DNA of 63,081 bases, the filler included, from Phoronis australis (Eukaryota > Animalia > Phoronida): assembly GCA_002633005.1 (NCBI GenBank). It is 8 parts of 8 records of this genome, joined end to end, with 100 filler letters (N's around TTAATTAATTAA, not from the genome) between each part and the next. Parts side by side here need not be neighbours in the genome. Positions count along the whole stretch, not along the records: positions 30,402 to 44,027 come from NMRA01000366.1; positions 44,128 to 47,593 come from NMRA01003001.1; positions 47,694 to 51,104 come from NMRA01003035.1; positions 51,205 to 53,415 come from NMRA01001791.1; 4 more parts are not named here. The stretch is one strand, 5' to 3'. Positions 40,024 to 53,515 of this stretch are shown piece after piece. The translations under genes and the position numbers were made by a program. The notes beneath the pieces were generated by a model, which was not told the DNA's origin, searched no databases, and worked only from the letters and a program-made list of their open reading frames with translations. Position 1 is the first letter of the stretch, and every line of letters begins with the position of its first letter.

Positions 40024-42419
40024 CAAAGCTCAACGCTATTAAAATCGCTAGGTTGCATTTTGCGACCCAGCCAAAATCCCAGGTCGCATTTTCAAAATCC
40101 AGCTGGCATTCATAAATGCTAGGTCGCAAAATTTTTCCGTCATTTTACGTGCCAAATTTGATTTTTTAGATCAACGAGAAAATGTTTAGATTATGCTCTT
40201 ACCTGCAGCGTTAAATACTCACAAATTTCAGATCGCAAAATTGACTTCGTTCATGCAGGTACGGCGTTACTGCTCTTCACGACCGCACTCTAGAGCGCAA
40301 AGCAAGTTGTCGACGTAAAAGTTGAATGAGTGCTCTCTAACTGACACGTGCATTCGAGTAGCTAAGTTTGCGATGTGAAAAGCGAGAAAATGAACGTTGA
40401 AAAAGAATCCGGAATTTTGCTGGGTCTCACCTGCTACTGGCTGTCATCAAAGTCGTTAAAGATTCAAACTACATGACATAACTTGGAGTGCAAATTCCTT
40501 CCACTTTTTGTTCGCAGCCCAAATTAACTCGACATTTGAAAAACATCAGTCGAAAAAAATCCGTGAAACGATGCCCTGACCGAATGACCTATTTGAAAGC
40601 GCAGGAAAAATTCAGTGCAAATTTCACAACAAAAATGTGGAACTTATGCTGTTTACGTATTCAACAATTAGTTTACCATGAAATGAGTATAACCACGAAA
40701 TAATTCCCGACTCCCTCCGTGCGGGTTTCCATTGGGTAATGGCGAGTTTGCTCCTCAATAGCTTCCAAGTACGAGAAAAATAGGTCAGTCACAAAACGAC
40801 ACGCATTTCACTGGTGTTAACTTCTTTCAGACGTATAAAACAAAGCCGGAATTTAGTTTTTACATATTGAGAAAAGACGTTTTTAACTACTCGCGGTCAT
40901 TTGTAGTGCGCTATGATGGGCGCTAGCCTGAACTGTGGGCGCTTAATTGGAAATTCTCAAAAGTTGAGGGGGGATGCTTAGTAGATCAGTGAGCACTTAT
41001 TATGAAACACTTCAAAGGTTGGGAGTAGGCACATGCATGAGCATAGTCGTTAACCTGAGTGTTTGTGGTAATAAGATATTAAAAGACTCCAATGGTAAGA
41101 AACTTTATAATAATACGATTTTGCGAGGCAAACTCCATCTAGGAGGGGTGACTTCCTCCATATCGTTACCACCTACACTGTACCCTTTGTAGCCACCCGG
41201 AATAATTTTGTTTTTGATTGCCCGCTTCAGCCGGAACAAGATTGTTTGTATTGAGTCTGAACATTTTACGGCAATGGTGGTCCGGGGAGCGAAAAGTTGC
41301 CGGAGGGTGTATGAAGAGAAGAATAAAAAGTTCGCTAACCACAATTTTCCATCTAGTATCCATTTAGTTGCAATAGAAAAGAATACAGGATTTTGAGAAC
41401 CTTGACCTCGGGAAACAGGAAAATATCAGTTGCGGGTTATATCGGTGGTGTGGAATATCATAAGGCATCGGGTCTTTTATAACCACCGGGAATCTTTGAC
41501 TTCGTTTTCAAATAATTCACCGGGTGCATAACAGAGCCAAGCCGGTATACTCTTTCATTTAGGACTGTCGCTGTTCTCTTTTGATATGCAGCTTTGAAGT
41601 GGTGCGCACGCGCGAGTTCACGCACTTGAATCGCTGGAGTAGGCCTACACTTTACGTTGGCAACAACGTGTGAAAGACAAATCATATTTCACGCACGTAG
41701 CCTCGGAAACAAGTAAAGGGTTTGAGAATTTCTTGGCAACTGAAAGTAAAGATGTGGCCGTAGTCTGGCAATTAATAGGGTTGTTATTTTCACTTTGGCT
41801 GTCTCATGCGATAAAAACGAGACGCACATCTCTAAGTCACGATTGTCTGCCGGGACCGCTTGCATGCTAACAACGGGACCAAGCAGTGCCGCAGTGCAAT
41901 ATCAGGGATATTGTCGTGGATATTTGGTACATGAAATAAGGACATCTTACACGAAAAATAAACATATTTGTCCACCACAAACTTTGGTAAGTTGATCGCC
42001 TAAGAATTAGTAGAAACGCCGCTGTTTTGTGACGTTTTATCATGTGTTATGTAGTTGCCCGAAAATTTCTTCGGCGAATCCGGAAATTTGTAAAAGTGGC
42101 CGAAAATGTTAGCCAATGAAATGCATCAAAGATTCTGCATATCCCATGTTCACGCAACTTGCTTACAAGTCATCGAGAGGGCTGTTCTCGGTTAGTGTTC
42201 TTTTGAGCTTGGATATGGCAACAACCAAATAACGGTCAGATTAACAAGAGTTGCTTTATATTTGCCAGGTATCTGCCGAGAAGTGTAAAAACTCAGCTCG
42301 CATTCGTTGGAAATTCCAGGTCGCATTTTGCGGTTTGATACGAGCTGACAAAAATCTCAGCTCGCATTTGCAAATTTCAGGTTGCAAATGCGACCTGCAG
42401 TTCGTTATGTCGAGCCCTG
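40024..42419. mobile_element. Non-autonomous hAT-like DNA transposon with subterminal AG(G/C)TCGCATTT repeats
   Basis: Right end GTCGAGCCCTG and a degenerate left end CAAAGCTCAAC. CATCC flanks both sides. The subterminal motif clusters at 40048-40130 and 42295-42395. Confidence 0.55.
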
Positions 42420-42841
42420 CATCCCCATAAAAAGTTACTCATTTCCAAATACAGCAACTAAAATCGAATGAATCATGCATGTACAGACTCTGAGTTATAA
42501 TTAACACATACCGTGACTCTGGATACATAGTCACCTTTTTTTGAACAACAATGAAAATCTGTCGGGGTTCCCTCAAACTTCTCCAACTAGGTACCATTTT
42601 GAGGAAGTTACGTGAAATCATAGCTGTTTATGGACAATAATGTCCAAGGGACACAAATCACAAAAATTCCACCTGATATCTTCTCATGCTATTTTGCATG
42701 TGTCACGCACCAGTCTTTCCCAAACTCATGTGACTCAGTTGAAATACTTAAAAGTTATCACACGAGCGGTGAAAAAGTTAACGGTGACCAAAAAGTGGAG
42801 TTGGAAATCTTCGCCAAAACCACCTTAATTCTCGTAGCTAG

Positions 42842-43885
42842 TGTAGTGAGACGTCACTTGACCTGTCTCACTGCTGCGCTGGCCTTCTGCCGCGCGCGCC
42901 CTCTGTCGGCATCGAGAGACGACTGCGGCTCGTCTCGGACACTGCCGACGTTGGCTGTCCGGCCCATATGCCGGTAATGGCCAATGAGGGATTTTCCTCT
43001 GCCTTGAGTGGTCAGTCCGGTTTTACGACATACCCTATTTGGTTGCTGGACGCGAGAAGTTTCGGTGGGGTTCGGATCAAGACGAACCATTTGTACGCTT
43101 CAAGGTGGATTCACGTGATCTGTACCACGTGTATGGCGACACCACGTTTTGTCTCAATGGCTTAGTCGATCCGCGCTGGCGTTCTGCTGCGCGACGTTTC
43201 GTCGGTGAGCGGTTATGATCGGCGGCTCCTCAGTCATGGGCCGCATTAATTTGTCAACATGCTTCCATTGTGGCATGTCGCATGCCGTCGACTATATCCG
43301 CGCGCAACAGGTTGCGCGCAGTCACGGCGTACGTGGTGCGACTTGCCTCGATCATGCAGTCCGCCGCAGCGGGCGGCTGGGGTGCTTGAAAGGCAGTGCC
43401 TAATGCCATTAAGCGTTGCTGTTCGCCTGGTCTGGTTTCTTAGGCGTACCACTGCGGGATATCCCCTCAACACGGCATTTTTTTTTAAATTGGTGAGGGT
43501 GGTGCTATTGGGCAATTAAAATGACCATATCAGATAGCACGGAATTATACGTGCAGTAGTATTATATGGTGACCGTTAGAAATTATATGTCGCACTGCAC
43601 TGTGGCAGCGCACCGGTTGGTCACAGCTTTTAAAACTTTTTGTTGTGCAAGTGGCCAGTATAGGAATTGGCCTCATTTCGGAAATTCAAATGTTCTCCGT
43701 TACGTTTCGGCTCTATTCAAATAAAACGGAGGAGAGTGTAGTGAGACGTCACTTGACCTGTCTCACTGCTGCGCTGGCCTTCTGCCGCGCGCGCCCTCTG
43801 TCGGCATCGAGAGACGACTGCTGTTCGTCTCGGAGACTGCCGACGTTGGCTGTCCGGCCCATATGCCGGTAATGGCCAATGAGGG
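42842..43885 (+). mobile_element. Small non-autonomous LTR element (TRIM-like, 3' LTR truncated)
   Basis: The LTR runs TGTAGTGAGAC...GTCGCACTGCA (42842-43599), followed by a PBS-like TGTGGCAGCG (43601-43610). PPT GGAGGAGAG lies directly before a second TGTAGTG at 43737. The 149-bp direct repeat covers 42842-42990 and 43737-43885. Confidence 0.6.
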
Positions 43886-44132
43886 CGCATCATGAATATT
43901 AATTAAGCGGCCCTGCGGCCGATACACATGTTGGGATGCAGAGTGGCATTCGATACCCAGACCACACACCAAAGCAGAACTATTGAGCTCGACCACGGAC
44001 AACTAAGATGTAAGGTAAGACACCTTTNNNNNNNNNNNNNNNNNNNNNNNNNNNNNNNNNNNNNNNNNNNNTTAATTAATTAANNNNNNNNNNNNNNNNN
44101 NNNNNNNNNNNNNNNNNNNNNNNNNNNTGCCG

Positions 44133-44330
44133 TCATGGTATTCCCTTATTATCACAGGGACTACTAATTATTTTGATGGATGGACATTTTACTATAACAA
44201 CAGTCTCGTCACTCCCGCGTGGTGAAATACGGAAAAACCTACTTTTGACAGGTGTCACTCGACTACAATTCATCTCAGTTTCAATATCGCTCATGGCTGT
44301 TTCAATGTCAGAGATAACTAGTGCTTGAGG
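44133..44330 (-). CDS. Putative terminal exon of an unidentified gene
   Basis: TTGTTACAG| phase 0, PQALVISDIETAMSDIETEMNCSRV...NKGIP*. Phase-compatible with exon 44882-45003. Confidence 0.45.
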   Translation of the reverse strand, partial: PQALVISDIETAMSDIETEMNCSRVTPVKSRFFRISPRGSDETVVIVKCPSIKIISSPCDNKGIP

Positions 44331-44881
44331 CTGTAACAACAAAAATTGGACAAGTGATATAACAACATACAAATTGAATGTTAGAATAAAGAGAACCAGG
44401 GACAGATTATCGTCATCTTAATAGTTAATAAAGACAAATGTATCAACTCCATGACATCAGAAGAGATAGACCTGAAGTCATTACCAGACTGGTGCCTATA
44501 GATGGCACTGTTCTGATAGACCTGAAGTCAATCCATGAATGAAAATGACATTACCAGACTGGTGCCTATAGATGGCGCTGTTCTCAGAGCCAAGATCTGC
44601 CAGTAAGACAGTAAACACAATGCTGCCTGATTTAACAGTAAATTAACAGTGAAGTGAATATTCATTGTCTCAACACAATGGTGGATACACGCCAATCTAG
44701 GAGGCATCACACAACATAACTTAAAGTGAATCCTCTATTTGATCAAACTGCCCATTGTAACAAAAGATTTTATTTCGAACATTAAATTTTATTCACACAA
44801 CATGGCATTGTACATTTCACAGCTTCTAAGAAACCCTCAGGAATGACACTGTTGATCACAAGAGTTGACCATATGACTCAC

Positions 44882-45003
44882 CTGTTCAACTTCAATCGAC
44901 TGCTTGACCAGCGTGTGTCTGACCATCTTGAATGGTTCACCATGAGACAGCTGATTGGTCAAATGGAGATGAGTATGCGACATTGTGTATAAAGTGGGGA
45001 AAG
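44882..45003 (-). CDS. Putative internal exon of the same unidentified gene
   Basis: TTTTCAG|CT phase 1 acceptor, (A)FPTLYTMSHTHLHLTNQLSHGEPFKMVRHTLVKQSIEVEQ|GTGAGT. Confidence 0.45.
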
Positions 45004-45241
45004 CTGAAAACAGATGCAATAGTTTGCTGATTGGTCAAACGGAGATGAGTGTGCGACATCCTGTATAAAGTGGAGAAATCTGAAAAGCGTCAAGACATTG
45101 GAATCGAGATATCACATCAACCAAGTAATTTACTGTGAAAAATCTTCAAAACGTGCTGAAAATTGTTTAAAGGTGTCCCATTTTTGCATAAGGTATAGAG
45201 AACACTCTTAGACTTCACCTTGCATATTTGAATCAAAACAA

Positions 45242-45455
45242 ATTTGGTCAGGTTATAGTGATACTGTTTATAAATAGACAACACCATTTGGTCAGGTTAT
45301 ATTGATACTGTTTATAAGTAGACAACACCATTTGGTCAGGTTATAGTGATACTGTTTATAAATAGACAACACCATTTGGTCAGGTTATATTGATACTGTT
45401 TATAAGTAGACAACACCATTTGGTCAGTTTATAGTGATACTGTTTATAAATAGAC
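45242..45455. repeat. 44-bp minisatellite x~5
   Basis: Unit ATTTGGTCAGGTTATA(G/T)TGATACTGTTTATAA(A/G)TAGACAACACC. Confidence 0.9.
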
Positions 45456-46319
45456 CACTCCATTCGCTTAATTTTACCAAAAACAAATGGTCATAAGAGT
45501 CAATCAGTGGCAGATTGCTATAAAGTTCAAAATCATATTCTACTTGAAGAACGTTATACATATTTTCACCATCTTTTCAGAGCCCTAAAAAAACAGTGAG
45601 TGTGGTCTGATACACCGTCATTCCATCAGACGTGCGCAAACCACTCAGCAAGGCCCATTAAATTTTACAATTTGTAGATGATTCACTGAGTGCACTGATA
45701 TGCCCATTAGGTTACTCATATTATTTTAAGTGTACCATGACTGCAAAGTGCTTCTAAGACAGGTAAAACCCCACATGCTACTAAATAACCTTGTTACATG
45801 ATGTAAGATTTTGGCAAACTTCGGAACAACGTATCTTGGAAAAGGCCGATCAGATTCACGTGAAACCTTCAAACACTATGCTTCACTCACTGTTCTCAGA
45901 AACAAATCAGGAATTGTTTTTAAAATGTTCCGTTTTTGTATAAGGGGCTAGCAAACAATAGGACTTAAATGATTTTCATAAAAAAATCACTTGGCATAAA
46001 ACAACAACAAAATGATAATTAAAAAAACTTAAACAATGTTTTTGAGATTTCATCTTGAACATTTTTATCATGAGAAGAAATTTAGACATGTTGTTTTGCT
46101 GAGAATGTACTTTTTTGTTTATGCTAAGTTTTCCTAAAAAGCAAGGTTATGTGACCTCATTAGTGGCAGATTGGTATAAAGTAAGACAACAAATTCTACA
46201 AAATATCTACTTTCAGAAAATATCTACTTTTGCTAAGTAAAGTTTGGCTGAATGTACAGATAAGGTCCTGTATAACATTAAAACAGCAAGCATATATTTA
46301 TACATAACATTCATCTCAC

Positions 46320-46467
46320 CTCCACTACGCTCCTCCGGAATCTTTGCCAGTCCCTCATACTCTGTGTTATGCTGGTAGACCTCAGCTTCAGAGATTCTGT
46401 TCTGAAGAATGATCTTGTCCACTGACTCCACCCTGTGAATGGTTCCCTCATGGCTAATGTGGACTGT
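46320..46467 (-). CDS. Putative internal exon of the same unidentified gene
   Basis: TGTAG|TVHISHEGTIHRVESVDKIILQNRISEAEVYQHNTEYEGLAKIPEERSG G|GTGAGA, phase 1 donor. Confidence 0.5.
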
Positions 46468-48005
46468 CTACATTTCGACAAAAAGAAATTCATACTATTG
46501 TTCAATAACAGAGAAAATATTAAAATGGCGAGTATTAACAGGGACGAAACTGTCAAACTATGAGTTTTCAAATTGAGGGTGCCATGCAGAAACACATGAA
46601 GCTACAGTAAGTAAACAGGGTTTCTCTCAAAAAATCAAATAAGATCAATTGTCTGCATAAAACTGGTCTCCATGTTTTCTTCACTGAGATTAAGAGAATA
46701 CGGGGCTTCAGAAGACCTTACAGTTTGTTACCATGGCCAACAAGATGAGTTGACCTAATGTACGTGTACGCTGTAAGCACTTAAATAGACTGTCAGGCCC
46801 CCAACTGGCCCCAAGCCCTGAAAACAATGGTAAGTGACATATCAAAAGTTGTAAATTTTAACAAAAGGCCAGTTCACAGGATATTGAAATTGTCTTACCG
46901 AATATGTGCCATTTTATTGGGTTGCTCATCCCATCTCACTGGGGTAGTCAATTACAGTAAATCATTCAAACTTGTATTCTCAAGTGCATAACCCATATAA
47001 AGGTCATTACAAATATCCCTTCACCCCACCCTCCTCCTTACAGTTTCAAATAGACAAAAGCCATTTCAAAGATCAGATAACAACCTATCTATTGTGAAAC
47101 ATTCTCACGACCTGAGGATAGAGCTCACAAGTCACATACCAAATAGGCATCCAAGTTATCTCCCTTGGGCAACAAAACAGATACAGTATTGTTTTTGGGC
47201 AACGCTTATCAAATTTCTTCCAAGAAAACAATTCAAACATAAGTTTTCATGGGGAAATCAGTTTCAGAAGTCAAACACAGAAAAAATCACCAGTTATATT
47301 GCAGGATACTTTAGTTTATTTCAGCCAGATAAATCATTGCTAATGCAGGATTGCTCAGCTCCACACAAAGGAGGTAGATCAGTCTTACCGATATCAAAGG
47401 ATTCTTTGTACAAAATTGATGAAGTACACGTGATCCCGCAGTATGGGTCAAGAAATTTCTAATCAAAGCAATTCAGCTTAGCTTGCCTAATTATACAATT
47501 AATTTAGATTCATTAAATACCAGTGTGAAGCCCTACAAGGTGATGGTCCAGCTCAGACACCGAGCAAATGCCTAACCAAGCAATTCATTCTAANNNNNNN
47601 NNNNNNNNNNNNNNNNNNNNNNNNNNNNNNNNNNNNNTTAATTAATTAANNNNNNNNNNNNNNNNNNNNNNNNNNNNNNNNNNNNNNNNNNNNGCTTTTT
47701 ATTTTCAGTAAAAAATATATTTTCCACGAGTCTGTTTGTTATTTGTCGGAATGCACAGACTTGTTGATAAGGTCCTACATTAGCTTGATAAAATATTTTC
47801 AAATTCCTCGTCTTGTTTTAGTTCTGTTATTTTCTTATTTTCAGCTGGTATTTAACATCCCATAATAATGCCAGACCAGACCCTGGGACATATCGACGAC
47901 CGTATTTTCCTCAACAACCACCAGGTGTTCTGTGCCGTGTGTGTGCTGCCAGAGAGGGTGAATGTCTGCATGATTACGAGTATCAACTTGAACTAATACG
48001 TGCAG

Positions 48006-48022
48006 AACACCAGAGGGCGCTA
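48006..48022 (+). promoter_or_regulatory. Isolated CTCF-like motif
   Basis: AACACCAGAGGGCGCTA. Other solitary matches at ~32860-32875 (minus strand) and 44561-44580. Confidence 0.4.
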
Positions 48023-49234
48023 GACAAAAATGCAGAGAAAGACTTGCTGTTCAGCTGATTGTGAATCATAATTTTTATTCAATCATCTGATCATGTGCTC
48101 ACACTGTGTCCTGGCAAGTAGTGTAACATGCGCGCACTCGGGGGGGAGGGGGGTGGTCTCGGGAGGCCCCCCATTTGGCAAAGTGGGCAAAAAGTCTGCT
48201 TCAGAGATACAAAATCTCCGAAAAAAGTAGGAAAGGTGACAAAAGTCCACTAAAAACGCTAGAACTTCCAAAATTCTCCTAATGCACAATTCACTTTAGT
48301 TCTGAAAGTACCCTGTGAATCTTAGTAGGCTGGGTTTTTGCATGTCTAAATAACTATTGTGGTGGGACACGTGCATGTCGGCTGTCGATCTGTTTTGGTT
48401 TTGCATTTCCAAGGAATTATTTAAAGTTTTGAAATAGGTCAGTTTACTCTTCTAGACAGTTTTACACTAACTGACTGTGACCCAGTTGGCACACATAGTG
48501 TGTTACATCATCTCGGACTTGTTTTACTTTAATTTGAAATGCTGCTGTTTGGGTTATCAGAAGCATATTGTGGACTTTCACTTTAAACGATCCCTCCTTA
48601 GGCATTGTCCTGTCCTGAAGCATCGCTGTCCTTATGCATTGTACTTAATGAAAGGTTGCTACTCCTGTAAATGCTCAACACTGGCAGCAACCTCAATGTT
48701 ATTGTACTCCCTCTATCTAGATTATACAATGTAGAAGGTAGGTGGAATATCACTGTGGCCCATTTCTTTTTACTTTATACTGCAGTATAGCCTTGCTTTC
48801 TTGTCAAGGAAGGTTCTATAACCCACCAATAAATTATTACACGTTTCTGTTCACAGCTGCTAGTGAGACTGAATGTTTTGTGGTATCAAACGTTTTGAGT
48901 AGATAGCTAAGGCAAACTATGTTCTGGTGTTTTTACTCAGTTTTCAAATAGTCAGTTTCAAATATTTTACATTTTGTTTAGATGTTGATTGTTCTCTGGG
49001 AAGTATATGTTTCACCATTATTGCTGATATTGATATGGATATTACAGTGATGTTGATATTTTGCAACAAATAGATAATTATATATATATATATATCTATA
49101 TATAGTTGTGTGCCAAATGTCCAATTGGATCAATTGCTCAACAAGGTGGGTTGATATTTATGAGTGAGAATATGTGCTTAGGAGGTGTTGTTTAGCTAGC
49201 CAGCCAGGTGGATATGACCCAATGTCGAAGTTTA

Positions 49235-49538
49235 GCAAGGGTATGCTCTGTGATAAATTGACAGCATTGTACCTAGTTCAGAAATATATGTGCTTTTGAA
49301 ATCATCAGCAGTAAATTGGTTCATTTACATTTTGTTAATCTGTCGAATTAAAGCTAGGGTATGCTCTGTGATAAATTCATAGCATTGTACCTAGTTCACA
49401 AATGTTTGTGCTTTTGAAACAATCAGCAGTAAATTGGTTTACTTACGTTTTTGTTTCTGTCGAATTAAAACTAGGGAATGCTCTGTGATAAATTCATAGC
49501 ATTGTACCTAGTTCACAAATGTTTGTGCTTTTGAAACA
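49235..49538. repeat. ~116-bp tandem repeat x~3
   Basis: AGGGTATGCTCTGTGATAAATT...AGCATTGTACCTAGTTCA...GTGCTTTTGAAA occurs three times. Confidence 0.85.
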
Positions 49539-52500
49539 GTTGCATTTTTACATTATTTGCTTCTGTCACAGGATTAAAAGAATGTGTTAAACAAAAGATT
49601 GCGCTGGTGATGACTGGTCACGTGGTACCATATTAGTTGTATGACTGCTGATAACCTCGTAGCTTGTGTGTATTGGTAATTGGCCTATCGCAAGCTTCCC
49701 CCTTGAGAAAAGTCGTGTGACACCCGACAAACAAACAATAAGTTTTACCCGACAAGGTGTGCGCTCCCCATCTCCCACTCCCTCCCCTCCCCCTTTTTCA
49801 AAAAATGTGTGTTCATTCACCATGTGTAACTTCACTATAGTCCCGTTGCGTGCAAGCCCCATTTTCCCCACAAAACTCATACGTGGTGACGGATGAATGT
49901 AAACAGTGTTCTGAAACAAGTAGGCCTAGGTCTATCAACAAATCTTTGGTCAGTGAAAATGATGGCCGTCTCTCTACTCAAGTGCATGCACTTTGCTACT
50001 AAAAAAGTACAAAAAAGAAGCATAAAATAGAAACTTTATTCAATTTGACTACAAATCAGTCACAATTTCAGAAAGTTTATTTAGCGATTGGATACTCCCA
50101 CGTGGATGCCGCTTTCCCCTTGTGCAAGCAACTGGTTGCTAGTTGGGTCTTGCACGTAATACGGTGGATAAACGCGTAGTTGAAGACATTGTGGGCCCTT
50201 TGGATAGGCTTGGTGTCGTGATATCCACGAATATCCCTTGTGGACAACTTTGATGACTGAAGTGTCCTCAAAATTTTTGAATGGCATGTTCACATTCAAA
50301 GACGCTGTGATGTCTGTCTTCATGTCAAAAGGAACATCACGCTCTAACTTACCATTCGTGGCATAGACCACCTCGACATGGGAATTGAAATTCTTCGGTT
50401 CGCCGCTGTGATTTTCACTCCAATTATTATATTATAGATAGTGACACGAGCTCATGGTTCATTTTCCCTACTTTTAAAACTAAATAAACACTGACTAGAA
50501 TATCATGCTACCACAACAAAACTACTCAGCAGTACTCAAGTTAATACAACTGACAAATTCCCTTGGCTGTCCTCAACTGCTTCGCTGGCGGCCTTTGAAA
50601 ACCCATTTCATTGTTTCCTCCACCTGATGTGCATCACCACACTGGGAAAGTTTCTTTTCTTGACAGTATCCTTAGAGCAAGGCTAGGGATGGTGTTCATT
50701 TTACCCTTCCTGGGCTTTCAATGCCCTTCGTGACAACTGTCCTAAGGGTTACTTCCACAGAAGGTTTATACATAGCACGACACTCAGGTGGGTGATTTCT
50801 CACCAACAAAAGGGTATCCTATCAGTCTAGCAAAATTCTGGGAGTTACAAATTGCAAGGGGTACAATATTTACTATAAAAGGGTTTTCAATACAATATTT
50901 GTAGTTTTACATGTTCGTTTATGACAACATGATATCACCGGGCACTTAAGTTTGAGGGGTTAAAACAATGTGTCCAGGAATTACTACAACGGGGTTACGT
51001 TTGTGGAATTAAACCTGACAAAAGGGCTACATTGACTTCCCAACTTCGGACCACACACGTTACTGAATCCTAAGCAATCGGAAAATTTGGAAGTCCACAG
51101 TCTANNNNNNNNNNNNNNNNNNNNNNNNNNNNNNNNNNNNNNNNNNNNTTAATTAATTAANNNNNNNNNNNNNNNNNNNNNNNNNNNNNNNNNNNNNNNN
51201 NNNNTTGTCTGGAACTGCAGTGCGTAGATTATATTTGCTCTTTAAAATATCTCAGAACATTGGATTCTAAAACGATTATGAAAGATTTTTATCCGAATCT
51301 CTTGTACGGGATCACAATTTTGGGACGTTGGAGTATTATGACGTTTTTTCTAAATATAGTCTCAACCGAATTACAGAAATCGTGAAGTATAGCTACCGAA
51401 ATACAGCAGTATTGCATGGTTCTACATTGTCACTCTACTTTGGGCTGTATGTGCTCAGAGACTACCATTATATGTTTAGGTATAAGCACAGAATGTCTCC
51501 ATGACAACGGAATATCCTTATGCCAACTACTTGAAGTTGTAGAACAGGTTAGTAGAATAAATACTCTAGGTCTAATGCCAATAACAATCTTTGTTTCCTT
51601 AAAGCCAATGATGTTTCTAAACTGGTGCCTAATCACCTAATTTAAAACAGCTGAAAATATCGAACACTTGTAGTTGCTGGACGGACGGGAGGGGGGGGGG
51701 GCACAAACTGTATTGCACTCCCTTGCCGTACAGGTGCGCCGGGACTTTGAAGTTTGGCCGGGGGACCCCCCAGGGCCAGACGTGGTCACTAGAAACTTGG
51801 TTAGGCCCTTCTTATGTTCAACAAAATTTCACGAGGAAGGGTCACTCGGTTACCGCACGGAACAGAACACGTTACGCCTGTGGATTTTGACATTTAGGGA
51901 GAGTATTTTATTTATTTTGTTTTATTTTTTGAAAATTTGCTTTCAATTTGCTGAAACTGTGCTGCCAAGCTCACACGTTAAGGGTTTGATATTAATGTAA
52001 GCCGTAACCGCGTGGCTCCGACTTTTCCGTCGGAGATTTCCGGAGAGTAAAATACACTCATATAGGTAAAGATCACCTGTAGTGTGGCTCTGGAGAAATC
52101 AATTTAACTGTATTTGGCACTTGCTTGGTTGATAATTCCTCATCCAAGAAATTTTCCGAATTTATTAGCGTTGACGTAAATTTTGGTTCATTCCCGTGGT
52201 AGCCCCGTAGCGCCTTACAGTTTAAGAATTAGCTTTAACTCAGTCTTGAACGTTCAAAAACTTGCTCTTCTATAACGCGGACAAATGTTCAGAATGACAA
52301 AGGTGACCGGTGAAACGGCCGATTGTCATGACCTCTGTACGGAAAGGATATACATTTTCGAAAGTAAGGACTGAGCATAAATCAATGTTATCCGGCCAGG
52401 GACTACGAACCCCTCCGACACTGGTTTCGAAAGTATATTAACTCATACGTAATTTTCAAAAATCCAAAATTATTGGAGGGCAACACAAGCCTCTCGCATT

Positions 52501-53515
52501 ATTCCGGTCCTGCCAAAGGATTCCCTGAAAATTATCTCTTATTTAAAAATTTGAACCTACCTGGTTTGAAAAAAATGGTCTGTGAAGTCTTATTCGAGGT
52601 AATGTAAGATTAAGTGCGAGTGCGCGGTTTATCTGGAACCCGCCGGCAGCCAGCACATCCGGACCCCAAACAGCCACCCCGGAGGCGTGGCCGGATGCCG
52701 TGGCCGGGCCCGCCGCGGCCCGTCGGATCCACGACAGGCCTAAGTCCACAGCCAGCAGCTGTAATCTTCGCTGCTTTTCTCCAATGTCGTGCCCCTTGTC
52801 CTCTGCCCCACTGGACACTTCTTGTCCAGTCGATCGTTTCACTGTGACGCTGTCCTATAGTAGAGTCCAAGCTTCCTCAGCCGCCGCAACTGCACGGGCG
52901 CTGGCCTTGACCTAAAAGCACTTTGCAGAGGGCAATGGAAATCATTGACATGACGTCCCGGCACTACGTACAGCAGATTCGTCCCAGACTAGACAGCGAA
53001 CAATAATTTCGACATAGTCAATTTAATGTTGAGGCGGTAAGAGACTTTTTTCAGTACTAGGCCTAACCCGCGGCGAATAAGACTTCAGTGAAAGTACTCT
53101 GACGCCAGTCCGGGCAGGCCCCGCCGGGCTCTGGGTTAAGGGCAAAACAAGTTTCGGATAGCCCAGCATCCGATGTAAAAACACTGGAAAACATTGAGCA
53201 TAGGTGGATTTAGGAGGGGAGGGGCACGTGAAGCGTGAGAAAATGTAGAGTCTAGTAACTAGCATAGGCGGATTTAGGGGGGGGGCAGGGCCCCCCCTTG
53301 GCTGCCGCAAAAAAAAATAAAACACCAAGAGCGTAGGGAAATGATGAGTTTATTAATAGACCCCGCTAATTAAAATTATACGGATGAAAAAATGTGTGCA
53401 GTTTTAGTGTTGGGGNNNNNNNNNNNNNNNNNNNNNNNNNNNNNNNNNNNNNNNNNNNNTTAATTAATTAANNNNNNNNNNNNNNNNNNNNNNNNNNNNN
53501 NNNNNNNNNNNNNNN

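Noticed and set aside
50077-50420. Possible coding exon (GPQCLQLRVYPPYY...)
   Set aside because: No recognisable homology or convincing splice pair, and there is an in-frame stop just upstream.
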